From: Callorhinchus milii
Taxonomy: Eukaryota
Reading direction: 5' to 3'
Assembly (NCBI RefSeq): GCF_018977255.1
Contig: NW_024704743.1
Location: 60,638,001 to 60,702,000, forward strand
Length of the DNA stretch: 64,000 nucleotides
Part shown: in pieces, positions 49,679 to 63,655 of the stretch
Position numbering within the stretch: position 1 is the first letter of the stretch
How the letters are laid out: the number at the start of each line of letters is the position of its first letter
Program-made: the position numbers and the translations under genes
The notes under the pieces: model-generated
Seen by the model: the letters and a program-made list of their open reading frames with translations, nothing else
Database searches by the model: none
Told to the model about the DNA's origin: nothing

Positions 49679-50854
49679 CAAAGTTAGTCTGAGACGACTC
49701 TTGAGGCATTGGACTGTGCTACATGATGACAGTTCAGGAGGTGGGATTAGCAAATTACTCGGCACTGATTTATAAGGAACGTAGATACATGACCATTTCA
49801 CTAAAGTCTAAACATATTTAGGCGATTTATGGAAAATGTCATTGTAATGAAGAGTAAAATTATACATAAATTCCCAGCAGGGTTAAATGGAATAGACTTA
49901 CTGAAAGATTTAGTGCACTTTGCCATTTTACTGTTCAACAACAATGTGCACAGGCACTTAATTATAACATAGACCTCTTAAGAGATCCCTTCACTACCCA
50001 CCTTATTCTTTTCTCTATAGATGATTATACACTTGGAAGCAGATAACACAGCAGAACAAATAGATAATTATAGTATAAAAATTATGTATCTGAATTTTTA
50101 GAAAGGCACTACAGGAATATCTATGAAAATTTAAAGAGATACTCTAGGAAACAAATTAGAAAAATAGCTATAGCACCATTTAAAGTATTCGAGTCCACAA
50201 TATTACAGTAAATCCCTAACTTCATTCACCAAAGTCATTCAACTCCTGGCAATGTAACTGGAAAGAAACTGAATAGCCACCTTCAAAATGTGCCATTCCC
50301 ATTGCTCTCATTGAACTGTTTTCTCTTTTCCATTGGAAACCAAAGCCATGCTCTTCCCTTATACCTTCAGGTCATGTTGTTTAGTATCGTAGCTGATACC
50401 AACTGATGTAAACACCAACACTTTGGCAATGAACATGTCAGCCTAGGTTCAAGCTTTAGTTTGCATTTACTTCTGAATAATAATTTTTAATAAGAAACAC
50501 ATTACCTGGGCGGAAGGTATTTAAAGAAGATACAAGGTTCGGAATTTATATTAAATCCAATTAACTAATACTAGTTGTGAACAACACTGATTAAAACAAG
50601 TATGGCAATTAATCAAAAGTGTTTGTAAAATGTGTTTAGGATGTTACACAAACTAACAACTTATTTCAAGTCTGATGATAGTATCTCTTCCCCCAAGATG
50701 ATAATTCACATAGTATGGCTCAGAAAAACACATTGCATTACGTTGCTTATTTTGTGTACATTAATATCTTCTAAATGTGTCCTAAAATCAAACATCCCAA
50801 ATAAAACACCAATACCAATTATTGCCAATACTTTCTTCTGGACCTTTGTATCAA

Positions 50855-50948
50855 TCATTTTGATTCAGGAATGGTCCCCATATACTTGCATATGATAGAC
50901 AGCATAACTTCATCAGTGCCAGCTCCTATTGACATCAGCCTCATATCT
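50855..50948 (-). CDS. Acyl-CoA dehydrogenase, last coding exon (R-DMRLMSIGAGTDEVMLSIICKYMGTIPESK*)
   Basis: Acceptor ttccattcctccag|A GAT; TGA at 50857-50855; C-terminal ACAD motif RD.R...I..GT.E. Confidence 0.92.
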
Positions 50949-53149
50949 CTGGAGGAATGGAATAAAGAGAAAGGAAAAGACATTCATCAATCTAAACAAA
51001 ACATTTTAAAACATCTTAAAGTGTTAAGTACTGAAACTCTTTATGTAGGCAAGCGAGGCCGCTATGGTTTGCTTACAGGAAGGCCCTACAAACAGCCTTG
51101 AGGTGAATGACAAACACACCTGGAGGACTGCTAGCCAGGACACTGAGAGAAACTCACTTTTCTTTAACAATGGTATTAAGTGATCTTCAATGTCTATATG
51201 AAGATCAAGCAGTTGGGACCTTAGTTTAAGTGAAGGGCATTTCCACTGCCATCACAGCACTCCCTAGACCCCTATAACATCAGGCTAGACTGTAAGGTAA
51301 AAAATATACAAATGCTGATTTTCTAGATGCATTTTAGAATGTACCTGCATTTCCAGATCACTTTCGTACAAACATTCAATTATGTTTAATTAGTTCATAT
51401 ATCTATAGGTAAATGCAGCAGCCATCTCACACACTGCAGGGTCCCACTATACTAATCATTGATGATTGACCATTGAATCTCAGTGAATACTTCAATCTAC
51501 ACTATTTCAGCCAAATTGTTGAAGAAATCAATAGACTTCTTTCTTATATCTTGCCTACACTGAATAAATAGAAAGATTTTTTTTCTGGAAAGGAATAGGA
51601 CAACATGCAATGGGTTAGCCATGGTTAGGGCAGGGCACACAGAACAAGCATGAGTTATCCCAGCAGAGGAGGTGAAAAGGGGAGTGGGGCAGGCGTTCAG
51701 ACAGATAATGAGGTGCCAGGGTGTGAAGGGATTTATAGATGAGGATAAGACTGATGTGAAGGAAAAAGGAGAGCTGAGGATCAAACCTGATAGCTAAACT
51801 TGAACACTGGTTTAGTGAGTTTGAAAGAGAGGTCAATTTATTATATTCAATGATGATGGTGAGCCCAGTTTATTCCATCCACCTACATCAATACCCCTAT
51901 TAAAATCAATCCTCCTCATTTTAATTATTTAATAACACCGCTGAAATATCAATTAAGTTTTACTTTTTTTTAAAAGGAACAAAATTGAAAATCAAAGCAA
52001 GATGAATGGGATTAATTAGATTTTTTAATAGCATTTCATTATGAACATTTTAGAATTGGGTCTTATTTTATTTTGCAATTTCCCTTTTGTCAGGCTTCCT
52101 CTGGGCCATATGTGTGGATGTGTACATGTATATCACATCAGAGGGAGAGACTTCAAACATATCAGTCTAATTAATTTTAGTGTTCCAGCTTTTTTTAACG
52201 TTAATGTTTATCTGTAAATTGGTTTAAGTACCATCAATAAAATCTTAAGCATTCTCCTTATGAGTAATTTTGTCTCATTTCCAATCATCTGAAGATTCTT
52301 TCTCTGACAGGAAATTACTTAGGTCTCATAGAAGATTATTAAGACCTGGATGAATGTAATTTCCAGTCAAATTTTTCAATGGCTGGAAATTATTTTCTGT
52401 CAACAGACGTGAAATTGAGACATGAAAGATATCAGCCCCATTCAAGACTTTATTTCCTCTCAGATTTCACGTCTCTTCTTGACTTTGATACTGCATGTGA
52501 GATCCTTCTGTAGATCTCTGCAAACAACAGCTCAGGCCAGTTACTAAAAGGGTACTATAAAGGCTTCTAAGATAGTGAGATTTCCATAAGGATGGGCATA
52601 TCTCAGCTGCCTCTGGAGTGATTCTCTGGAGCTCTATTCAGAAGCCGACTTTTTGGATGTAGGATCAGGAATTGATATCCAAAGAGAGTTCCAGAGCGAT
52701 GGTCACGACAAGGGTTCGTTATCTACAAATTCTTTTAAAAACTGCACTGTAGACTCTGCAGTGAATTGATTTACTCTCCATTTTCAATTCCTTTGTCTGC
52801 AGAAGTGCCTGCTTTAAGCATGACAAGTCCTCCTGACACACAACTAAGATCAGCAATTTGTCAAACAAGGAACAGTGAGATCAAACCCATTTTGTACATC
52901 TGCAATTCCCTGAATTGTTCTGTTTAATAATATCAAATTAATGAATGCTATGTTTCTTGTTATTTATTTTTAGGCACCTGCTCTCTTTATTTCTGCGCCT
53001 CTTTGTTAGAAAGTATTAGTAAACCAAGCAAACACTCCACAGTGGCTTGAATTCATGATATAATAATAAAATAATGATAGTAATCTGTGTATCTGATATA
53101 GCACCTATAAAACTGAGAACATCTCAAAGCACTTCACAAACTTTCTGTT

Positions 53150-54035
53150 AACAACAAGTAACATTTATACAACGCATTTTCAAATTGGGAGGAGGTCTCA
53201 AAGTTCTTCATACAACTGACTAGTCCCCAGGCCAAGCTGGGGGAAGTGGAAGCAGGGAGAGAGCAAGGTGGGGGGACTCTTGAGATGCCCAGATGGACTT
53301 CAAGGTTGAACAAGACACAAAGGATCCGCACTGGTTCTGTGAGGTGTAGTTAGCATCTGTACAGATCGATACAGTCAATGCACTGAGGTGAGAGCCAAAC
53401 AAGAGCATCTATCTTTTTTTATTTAGCTGTAATGGCATTTAGCTGTAATATGTAGTAGCTGTGCATTTTTAATAATAATAATAATACTTCCATTTGATAT
53501 AGCGCCTTATCACGTCTTCGAGACATCCCAAAGCGCTTCATAGAATATACTGTAAATATGAATTGACTGTATATTTTGTGGGAGAAATGCAGCAGTCAAT
53601 TGCACACAGCAGTGTCCCACATACAGTTGTGGATTGAATGACCAAATAATTATTTCATTTATTTATTTTTGAAGGGATTATTACCCCTGGAAAAGCATTC
53701 CGCTAATCGACTAACTGGGTTCCTATTTACCGCTAGTTGAACAGAGATGTGAGGAGTAATTTTTTGAAGAAACGCAGCAACCTATTATTCACAGCAATAT
53801 CCCACAAACAGACAATTTTATCTGTGGGATTGTTGGCCAGGAAACCAGGATCTTTAATAAGTAAACAGACAGATGGACTTTGGTTTAATGTCTCATCCAA
53901 AGAACAAGTCTGACATGCAGTGCTCCCTCCAGCAATGCACTGGACTATAAGCTTTACGTTGCAATGCAATGCACGAAACTATAATCTTTCTAGCCTAAAG
54001 GCAAAAATGCTGCCAACAGGGTCAGGTTGACACCT
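53150..54035 (-). mobile_element. Nested cluster: L2 remnant (~53150-53450), long-subfamily SINE (53472-53760), old Deu-SINE (~53760-54035)
   Basis: Minus ORF LLFGSH...CGSFVSCST (L2-like); SINE blocks match other copies. Confidence 0.7.
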
Positions 54036-54734
54036 GTTAACTAAATTGTTTAGGTTTATTTGTTATATACTTTAATTTGAGTTCTAGTACAGAGGATGCA
54101 TGGCTGCTTAAACAATCAGTAACAAACGTGTTCAGAGGTTCTTATTATTACAGTATTGACAATATTAAGAGGGGTTTAGAGAAGTAAATGATCGTGGTGG
54201 GAACATGACAGATAGTGAACAATGTGTTTGGTAAATGAGATTGGACAGATGCCCAGGTGATGCTCTTTTACAGTGCTGTCTGTGGATTCCTATATTCATT
54301 TTAGCACAATGACAATTAAATGATCCTAATTGCTTTGAAATGTCACTTAGCATAGGTCAAAGTTTTAATAAAGTTTACCCCTCCATGCCACCGGTTTATG
54401 ACTAAAACAAAAGTGATAAAGATTAGCTGACTCTTTAAAAAAAGTAAGTATTGCAGCTCACCATCTTAGGAAAGGAGAAAATTGATCTCCAGAAGGTCTA
54501 AGCAATATTGACCACTGGTGAGCACTTCCTGACAATCTAGTTTTTCACATGTTTTATGCTCTCTTTTTGTTAGCTTAGCCTTTCAAATGATTTAGAGCCA
54601 TTGAATCCTTAATCTAGTAGAGGCACATTTGTTCCTTCCCGGCAAGAAAGGATTATTTACTTCCTTTCATTATAGTCACCCAAATCATACGATCTGCAAA
54701 AGTAGAAGTCAAATTCTTCAAAAACTCTTTAATA

Positions 54735-55053
54735 TTAATAATAATCCTTGCATTTGATATAGCGCTTTTCACGTCGGGAGGACATCCCAAAGCGCTTCAC
54801 AGAACACACTGTAAAGTGAATTGACTGTATATTTGTGGGTGAACGCGGCAGCCAATTGCGCACAGCAATGTCCCACAAACAGTCGTAGATTGAAAATGAC
54901 CAATTTATTATTGTTTTTGGTTTTGGAGGGATTATTATTAGGCTCTGTGTGGAGTAAGGAAACTTGCCCAAGGTTTCGCCCTCTGCCTGGAATTGAACTC
55001 AGATCTCTCGCTTGCAAAGCGAGTGCTCTAACCACTGAGCTACAGAACTCCAC
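54735..55053 (-). mobile_element. Young full-length tRNA-Ala-headed SINE
   Basis: Nearly identical to 36992-37312; A box tagctcagtgg, B box gagttcaattcc, TGC anticodon loop. Confidence 0.92.
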
Positions 55054-57569
55054 ACTTTTGGCTACAAATCAGTGATATCAATACATTATAGCAGATTTCT
55101 AATCTCTTCCTTATACTGAGTTAAACAGGTTTAACTTTGCTTTTGCAATGAATTCCCATTGTTTAAAGAGTGCTTTAACAATTGACATAGTAAGGTAAGA
55201 TCAATAGTAAGTAGGAACAGGAAGAGGCCATTCAGCCCATCAAGCCTGCTCCATCAGTTTATTAGATCTTGGCAGATCTTTGGATCCCAATGCCCCATCC
55301 TTTCTAATATCTCTGCTACCCACGAATATGCCTATCTCACTTTTAAAATCACTAACTATTTCACTTGTCCCTACTGATGCTGCCTTTACAGCTTTCTGGA
55401 TCAGAGCCAATCTACATCTTCATGTAAGAGATGCTTTGCTTTATCCTTCTAGACACAAAGAAACTAGAGTAGTTAATGAAATAGAGATGGGTACCACAAT
55501 TTTTCCGAGAGCTTTGGTGGCTATTATGGTTTGGGCTTTCCACGTAAATATGGGCAGCTGAGCAAGCTGAAACATTGCAGTACAGCGAGGAGTACAGTTA
55601 GTTTCAGATATGTCAATACTACAGTCTTTGTGAAAGGAAGGAACATTCCTGAGTATATAATCACCTTCCACGGGCAATTAGATCTATTATTTTTGGAGAG
55701 CATTGATGTGGATTATTGTACAAATCCCATTCTCAACAAAATTGCACATGCAATGACATAAATGGAATTTAAAAAAAAACTGTGAAGGCACATACAGGAT
55801 AGTGTGGCTGATACACAAAATTTACTTGTTGAGAAGGGTTAAAAAAAACGTCCGTAACAGCATTATATTGTAAAACATTGAAATGTTATTGCAGTGGTAT
55901 TTTACAGTAGAATCAACTGACCAGACTAATTAGGACTGGTTCCGATGTGAAAGAAACAAACACGAATAATTCAATACTGTATCATGAAAAATACAATCAA
56001 TTACAGTGCTAACTAAAAAAGTCTTCCATCCGGAGTTAAATTGTCACTATACAATTTCCAGTTGTATACGCAGTGCCAGGCCTTCTCTGCCACAGCCTCT
56101 CTGACTCTGACTCTTTTTCTCGCTCCCTCTGAGCTTCTCTAACTTTCTATCTCCATTTCTCTATAACTATCATCTCATTCTGACTAATCTTACACTGTAC
56201 AAAACTACAGAGGCTTAGCTTCATGAGATTTGTGGTACTGGCCACAAAGGTAACACAAAAAGATTTACTTTTGGTGTACATGTATAACGTGTGCATTAGG
56301 TTACCAGGCTTGTGCAGAACTAAAATCTCACATGCATATGCACAAATGATTTGGACTCATCAACAAGCTTACTGCCCAGACTGCGAAGGTTAGCACACAA
56401 AATGCCACAATATTCACCCAATATTTTATCTCTATTGTGTTAATGGATCTGTTAAAACTGTAAGGAATGAAAATAAACTTTGGCCTGACAATACCCCAAA
56501 ATAAATGTGAATTTTATTTGGCACAACTCTTGAGATAGAATATGGTAAACATTAAATGGTGAAAATTGCATTGAATTATGCTTTATTAACCAGATCTGAC
56601 AGCTGCTGGTTGCATACTGCAAAAGTCACGGATGAATGTTTAATGAATATCTCAAGTATGTATAACCAAGGGCTATTGAATTCCACTGACTTTTCCCCCA
56701 ATGATATTTTAGCATGACTTATAAGTTATGACTAAAATTATGAGACAGCAGGATTAAGCTGGATAAAACGTGGTCAAAAGCTGCCCAAACAAAAAAAGCA
56801 GAATAAGCCAAGCATTGACAGCTTCTGGGACAGAAAGCTGATTCATGAATGCTAGAAAACCATCTGGGTATACAATCAAGTAATCTAAGATTAGTTAATG
56901 TGCTTTCCAGCTGTGTTTAACGAAGATTGGCTGGGATGACACTGATTTTCACGAATTATGAAAGTTACTACATGTAGTAACATCACCAGCTCTTCAGCTG
57001 TGCTTGACAACAACAACAACTTGCATTTAATTAGCGGCCCTCACGCAGGGTAGCATCCTAGAGCACTTGACAGAATAAAGGAAAGGCACTGACTAATGTG
57101 AATGTCTGAGAAATGCAGAAACCCATCACCATGCCTTAAGAGTATCAAACCCGACTGAGTTCCACGTATGTATACTAACATTTTCTTGACTGTGGAATGG
57201 ACTGTGCACCCTCTCCCTGGAGGAATGCCCCTGCTTACCTAGCTGTTGTAATTCCAGATAATATTAGGCGCAGGTTGGTGAGAGTCAAGGTTTGGAGACT
57301 CAGAGTATACATTGGGATACTGCTACAGTTTAACCAGTTAAAACCCCATTGCTTAGTATTGAAAGCATTCTGTGGCAAACGTCCTGTTTTTTGTCCAGCC
57401 AGGCCACTCTACCTGTTATGGCTTTGCACTTGCAAAGTAAACAGGAGTTGAGTTGGGAGAATCCCTGTTATTCAGCTGAGTGTGACAACAACAACTTGCA
57501 TTTGTATAGCGCCTCTGATTACCACCCATCTCCAATCTCCCTTTCCTTTCCAAGGTGCTGGAATGATTT

Positions 57570-58960
57570 GTTGCTTCCAAGCTTCGCTCTTTCCTCTCCC
57601 GCCACTCCCTCTGTAAACCCCTCCAATCGGGTTTCCTGCCGCCCAGAAACACAGCTCAGAAACAGACCTGGTCAAAGTGACAAATGACATTCTGCCAGCC
57701 TGCGACCTCTGCCTCCACATCCTCCTTGACCTCTCTGCTGCTCCTGACACCGTTGACCACTCTATCCTCCTCCACCACCTCTCCTCTCACCTCAACCTTC
57801 ATGGTTCTGTCCTTTACTAGTTCAGATCCTACCTCTCACACCGTCTCCACTTTATCTCCATAAACGGCTTCCTCTCCAGCCCCTGCACCGTCTTGTGCAG
57901 CGATCCCCAGGGCTCTGTCCTTGGTCCCCTCCTCTTCACCATTTACCTGCTTCCTCTTGGTGGCATCATCCGCAGACATGGAGTCAACTTCCACATGTAT
58001 GCGGATGACACCCACCTCTATCTCTCTGCCTCCACCCTCGACTCCAGGACCACTGCTGTCCTGAAGAATGACTGTCAGGTTTCAAGTCCTGGATGGAAAC
58101 TAACTTTCTCCAGTTGAACGTCAACAAAACCGATGCTCTCCTGATTGGTTCCCGTCAGCGGCTCCACACTTCAGGCACTGGCAGCATCACTATCCAAGGT
58201 TGCACACTCCACCTTGCTAAGCCAGTCCAGAACCTTGGCCTCTTGTTTGACCCTCAACTATTCTTTCTACCCCACATCTGTGCCATGACCAGCTCTGCCT
58301 TCCTTCAACTCCGCAACATCGCCCAGCTCCGCCACTGCCTCTCAGGTGCCGAGACCCTCATCCATTAATTCTTCACATCTAGGCTCGACTACGCCAACTC
58401 CTTGCTTGTCGGCCTTCCCAACTCTTCCTTCCACATACTGCTGATCATCCAGAACTCTGCAGCTCCTGTCCTCTCCCGCACCAGGCTCCATGACCCCATC
58501 ACACCCACCCTCGCCCGGCTCCACTGGCTCCCCATCCCCAGAGGATAGAGTTCAAAATCCTCATCCTCGCCTTCAAGGCCCTCCATGCCCTTGCTCCTTC
58601 CTACCTCTGTGACCTGCTGATCCCATATCAACATGTCCTCTCCCTCCACTCAGCAGGCTCCGGCCTGGTCCACGTCCCCTGCCCAGCCCACCCCATCATT
58701 GGCAGCCGGGCCTTCAGCCTCTCTGCCTCCACCCTTTGAAACTCCGTCCCAGTCCCTTTGCCTCGCTTCCTCCCTTGCCTCCTTCAAGGAACGTCTCAAG
58801 ACCCTCCTCTTTGACCGTGTCTTCGGCCTCTCTCCTAGCCTCCCTGTCCTCCACTCCACCTGATCCCAACCCTCTGCTCGGGACCAAATCCCTGACTGTC
58901 CAGCTCCTTGGGATGTCCTCCCGACGTGAAAGGCGCTATACAAATGTAATTTGTTGTTGT
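57570..58960 (+). mobile_element. 5'-truncated L2 LINE (~1.4 kb), RT domain with frameshifts and stops, antisense in the ACAD last intron
   Basis: [14 protein letters not shown] and [12 protein letters not shown] motifs (ORF 57893-58117), [12 protein letters not shown] (58093-58368); 3' tail with (TTG)n. Confidence 0.95.
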
Positions 58961-59445
58961 TCTGGTGCTAATGATAATGACAGTGACTTTTGAAAAGTTG
59001 CTTAAAATGACTGAATGTTTAGAGAATTTCTTTAAGATAATTTCAAAGAAAAAAGTAAAATTTTTAAATAAACGTATTTGCTTCTTTCCAATGAAAATCA
59101 AAAGACACTGCAACAAGAGAATATAATCTTTAACTAGTTAAGTGAAATCAGCGCTCCGAGACGCTACCTGTGTGAAGGGCAAAACACAAATGCAACATGT
59201 TGTTGCAAAAATTGTAAGATGTTCTGACTTTGTCTGCTGATTGTTATCCCTAGAGAGAAACACTGAGGTGTTTACAGCATATCACACGGAGGGATTATTA
59301 CTATCAGAGAATTGACCTTAATTTGTGATAGGAATGCTTTTGCAATTTGCAAATTACACGGTTTGATGAGTTTTGTTTCTTTCCCAAAATCAGTTGAGGT
59401 CACATTCAGCTGATCTGTACATCTTGAACTGTTTTGTTTACTCAC

Positions 59446-59596
59446 CTAAACAGCCGACTGACCAGTACCTCATTAGTAAAACCCATTCCTCCCCAGTACT
59501 GGAGGCAGCTGTCTGTTACCTCACGAACCAGACGGCCTCCCTTCAACTTCGCCATTGAGGCTAGCTTTGTTACATCATTTCCTTGAATATACTGAG
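59446..59596 (-). CDS. Acyl-CoA dehydrogenase exon (AQYIQGNDVTKLASMAKLKGGRLVREVTDSCLQYWGGMGFTNEVLVSRLFR)
   Basis: ttctcttcattcag|CT ... TTTAG|gtgagt; 151 nt, phase 1 to 2; ASMAK and Q..GG.G ACAD motifs; missed by the ORF track. Confidence 0.95.
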
Positions 59597-60944
59597 CTGA
59601 ATGAAGAGAAAACAATGATCAGCATACAACACCACAGTCCACGGTCTAGAAGGTAGAAACATACACACATGGGTGGCTGAGCTGACTTCATAAACCACAA
59701 AGGCAAAGCACAATTTTAATCATTTCTTTGATTAGCCAGATATTTGATGCTTGCAAAAGCCATCACCATGCTTAAGAGTATCTAAGCCAGACCAAAAATT
59801 CTACAATTATATTATTGTATAATTATTAATTATACAATTATACAGCATCAGTAGGGTAAAATTAGCCTGTCTTTCGACAATTCAATGGGGTTTAAAATGT
59901 ACCATTCGCTGTGCTAATTATACTGTAATCATGATACTATTGAATGATACTATAATTATCATATAAATATTATACTCTTACCTTGAACTGCCTATCAGTC
60001 ATTCTATTTTGTTACTGAAATTGTGCTATTCGCTAGCAATTTTTTAAAAAAACACTTGCGACTTTCAGCTTTCTATCGAGCCTGGCATTTTGCATTGGGC
60101 TGACCGGCAGCACATAAGTAAAACCTACTTCTCTCCAGCACTGGAGACAGTGGTTAGTCTCCTCACAAAACAGGCAGCTTCACATAAGTGACATTTTGCT
60201 TCTGGGTCATTTTTTAGCTGAGAAAATGTCTGAAAAGTCAGTCAGAAGTTTAAACTTTGCCCACTTTTTGGCATTTTTTTGAAAATGCACAACCTATCAA
60301 AACGTACGTGAGAATTGGAAAACAAAGCATATGAAAGATGACATGTTAGTATATAGAAACTGAAACTATTATTGTACACACTACAGGTTTCCCCACATTA
60401 ACCTGCACTATACAAGTAATAGCATTGTTAACCTAGTTCACTTTAAGAATATGGAACATTCGGTTTCCCTTGTATGAGCAGAGATTATAAAGTTAGAACG
60501 TGGAGAATTGTGGGCAGTAATTCAATAGCAGATTAGAGTGAGGATCAACATTCAAGGAATGCATACAGATCGATATTCAAAACAACTGAAGATGGATCCA
60601 AATTAAAGAGTGACATTTGTGAATATTTTGGCTTGTGCTGTGCATCATATTTCACCTCCTCCCACTTTCCCAATGCCCCCACCACCATTCCAGTTAGTGA
60701 AATCAAGGGCTTCTTCCCAGATTGCTGTCGCCACCAGCAGTGGACACTTTTAGAGTGAGCTTGTATGGTACAGGGCATGGGGAGTTAATGAAAGAGAAAA
60801 ATAGCTAAAAACAAAATCTTGCCTGACAGCACTTAAAGAATGCATGAGATAGGCCAGAAATGTGATGGAACAGTCAAGCAAAAGTTGCAGTAATGTTTGC
60901 ACCACTACAATAGATTGCTGTGTATCAGCACACCAACTATTCTT

Positions 60945-61605
60945 GAACGGCCTTTCAACACTAGGATATATAAACTTAAAATTAGTACAAACTGGTTGGA
61001 AGTCAGAAGATATTTCTTCACACAGAGAGATGTGAGAATGTGAAATTCACTGCTCCTGGAGGCTGTGTAGGCAGAACCAATTGGGATGTAATAGATCTTT
61101 GAAGGGTTTTAAGGGGAATGGAGAAAAGGTGGGGAAAATTTATTAAAAGATCTGCTGTGATCTAATTAACAGGCTTGATGGACTTAATGACCTCCTCCTG
61201 ATTATTGAGTGTTTCAGTCTATTGAGTGAATCATCTTATAAGGCCGCCAAAACAAAAATGTGCACAAGCTTCCTAGAAACAATTTTTTCACACCGCTTGA
61301 TTGATCGAAAGCTCGAGGTAAGAATATTTTATGTTATAATTCTAGTACAATTCAATAATTTATTACAGAGGCAGTGTAGGGTTGGAGACAGGGTGAGAGT
61401 CAGAGTTAGAAGCAGAGAATGCCAGAAAATCATAGAAGCAGATTCGATAGAAGCTTTCAAAAGGCAATTGGATATGTACTTGAAAAGGAAAAAAATGCAG
61501 CGTTATGGGGTTAGAGTGGGGGAGAGGGACTAGTTGGTAGCTCTTTCAAAGAGCTATGGGCCGAATGGCCTCCTTCTGAGCTGTAAGATTCTATGATTCT
61601 ATGAA
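60945..61605 (+). mobile_element. Two CR1 3' fragments (~60945-61215 and ~61420-61605)
   Basis: Tail atgggccgaatggcctccttctgagctgtaagattctatgattctatga; EADSIEAFKRQLDMYL. Confidence 0.8.
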
Positions 61606-62484
61606 GTCACAGAGAAATACAGAATATGAGAGTCAAACAGAGAAAGAAAATGGGAGTCAAACAGAGAGAGAGAGAGAGAGAACATCAAAGCAAAGAATTA
61701 GAGAAAGTTAGAAAGAGAGGAAAAAGAGACAGAGAAAAAATGCCTGCCATATTATGGTAGTTTAGTGACAGTATAACTCCTGATGGAAGAAGTTTTTGGT
61801 TAGCTCTGTAGCCAATTTTTATTATGTGAATATCTTTATTTCTAAGCACTGACATTATATTTTGATAAGAGATTAACTAGCAAAAATGGCATAACTTGCC
61901 ATTGCGAACACGGTCTGACAGTGTTTCCGCTGCTTGACCAGCTAGGGCCACCCTACACTTCAGGGCTTTGGCTTGAAGTATTAACCGGAGTCAAGTGGGA
62001 AGAATTCTTGCCCCCAGTGACTGGTTTACCCCTCCATGTCCTACCAATGAGCCAGCCAGGTCCAACTCTTATATATTAAACAAATGATTCACTATCCCCT
62101 CTATAGTCAATGTCAAAATCATCAGTGCCTCAGTTAAATGAATGAAAATAAAACTAATACTAATGGTTCGAATCTATGAATCCAGTGAGAAAAAACAACA
62201 GCGGTCAATATTAAGGCACAATGCCACAAAACTATGCTCACTCTTGCGGGAGCACAAATGTATCTTTCTTTTACTATACCAACTAGTGGCAAATTACTTT
62301 TATCTCTTTATAAAGCAGTCACTTTCACCAACAGAAAGGCTGCACATGGTGATGTACAATTGACATAGAGACACTTCATGCTCACTGCTTCCAGGAGAAT
62401 TAGATATTTGAAGAAACTATCTACTCCCATGTAGTGCAAATGTTTACAGGATAAAAAGTGATTAAAATGATTTAAATTCCATAC

Positions 62485-62646
62485 CAACACAACGATAAAG
62501 GAGAGAACGGAGCAGTTCAATCTCAGTCTCAAGTTCAGCAAGACGGAAATGTACTGTCTGGTTGTGTAAGATCGGCTGATTGAATACTTTGCGTTGCCGT
62601 GTATATTCAATGGTTTCCTGTATGATGTTCTGCATTGGAACCAACA
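62485..62646 (-). CDS. Acyl-CoA dehydrogenase exon (M-LVPMQNIIQETIEYTRQRKVFNQPILHNQTVHFRLAELETEIELLRSLLYRCV)
   Basis: tttctttctgcag|TG ... GTTG|gtatgg; 162 nt, phase 1-1; Y...RK.F..P...Q.V.F.LA ACAD motif. Confidence 0.95.
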
Positions 62647-63655
62647 CTGCAGAAAGAAAGATACAAAATAAAATACATTCATATTAACAGTGTGGCACTT
62701 GAAGGGATGGCTTTAACTCCCTCCTCTACTGAAGCCATTTCAATGGCCCCTGTACAGAGGGGCTAAGTGGGGACGAGAAGGGAGGTAAAGACCTATGTCT
62801 TTGACTGCGTTTTCGGACACCTTTTCCTGCCACCCTACCTCCTTCACAGCTCGGGCTTCACTAACATCTTTATAAAGTTCTTCAAGTCATTATCCTTCCT
62901 TGAAAGGCACTATAAGCGTAAATTGTTTGAGATGAGGCAATCGGAATAAGTTTCCTGAGTTGTGAGATTACAATGGAAAGATCCTATTGCATTTTCACAT
63001 TGTTGAGTTTGGTAAATTAAATCATGATTGCAGAATCACCTCATTAGGTGTATTCCTACCATGCTATGCTTCCTTTTACTTACAAGAGAGCAACATTGAT
63101 AAATAGTGTGTTACACATACGGAAACGATTTGACATTTCCCTTCAATAAGGGATTAACATTGGATTGACAGCAATACCTTTAAAACAAATCAGCAAGAAA
63201 TGTAACTTGGGCATCAGAGACATTTCTGATAGGTATGTCTGGGCTGAATCCAACCCAGAGTCAAAGGGCAAAGATCAATGGTTTGTTCACTACATTAGCT
63301 GGTCCCCTTTTCCTCGGGAGGCCTTTGGATATTTTCTGCCAATTTTTCCTGTTAGCTCAATAGTGCTGCTTTCAGTAACTGAATTCTACTTCACACTCTC
63401 CTTGTCCAAAGAAAAAGATTTCTCAGGAGGGCAGTTAAACCTGAAGTCATAGCACTCTTACATAAACACAGGAAAGCAAACAGTTTTGAGTGCAAACAGT
63501 GCTAACATTTTACAACAAAATCGCCAAATTCGTAATTGTAGAGAGCGTAAAAACCAAATGCTGCTTTTATTTGCAATTCTGAGACTAGTTCTAGTGGTTA
63601 GAGCTAGGTTCTGTTATCCTACCAACTGGCTCACACGAGCTGAGAAAGTACTTAC

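Noticed and set aside
50855..50866. Peroxisomal PTS1 on the ACAD
   Set aside because: The protein ends ...PESK*, not an SKL-type tripeptide
54985..55053. tRNA-Ala(TGC) genes (also at ~34950-35021, 37245-37312, 40935-41002, 42460-42530)
   Set aside because: They lack a proper acceptor stem, and most run directly into SINE bodies; they are SINE heads
60727..60748. CTCF-like CCAGCAGTGGACAC
   Set aside because: Mismatches at key core positions; likely chance
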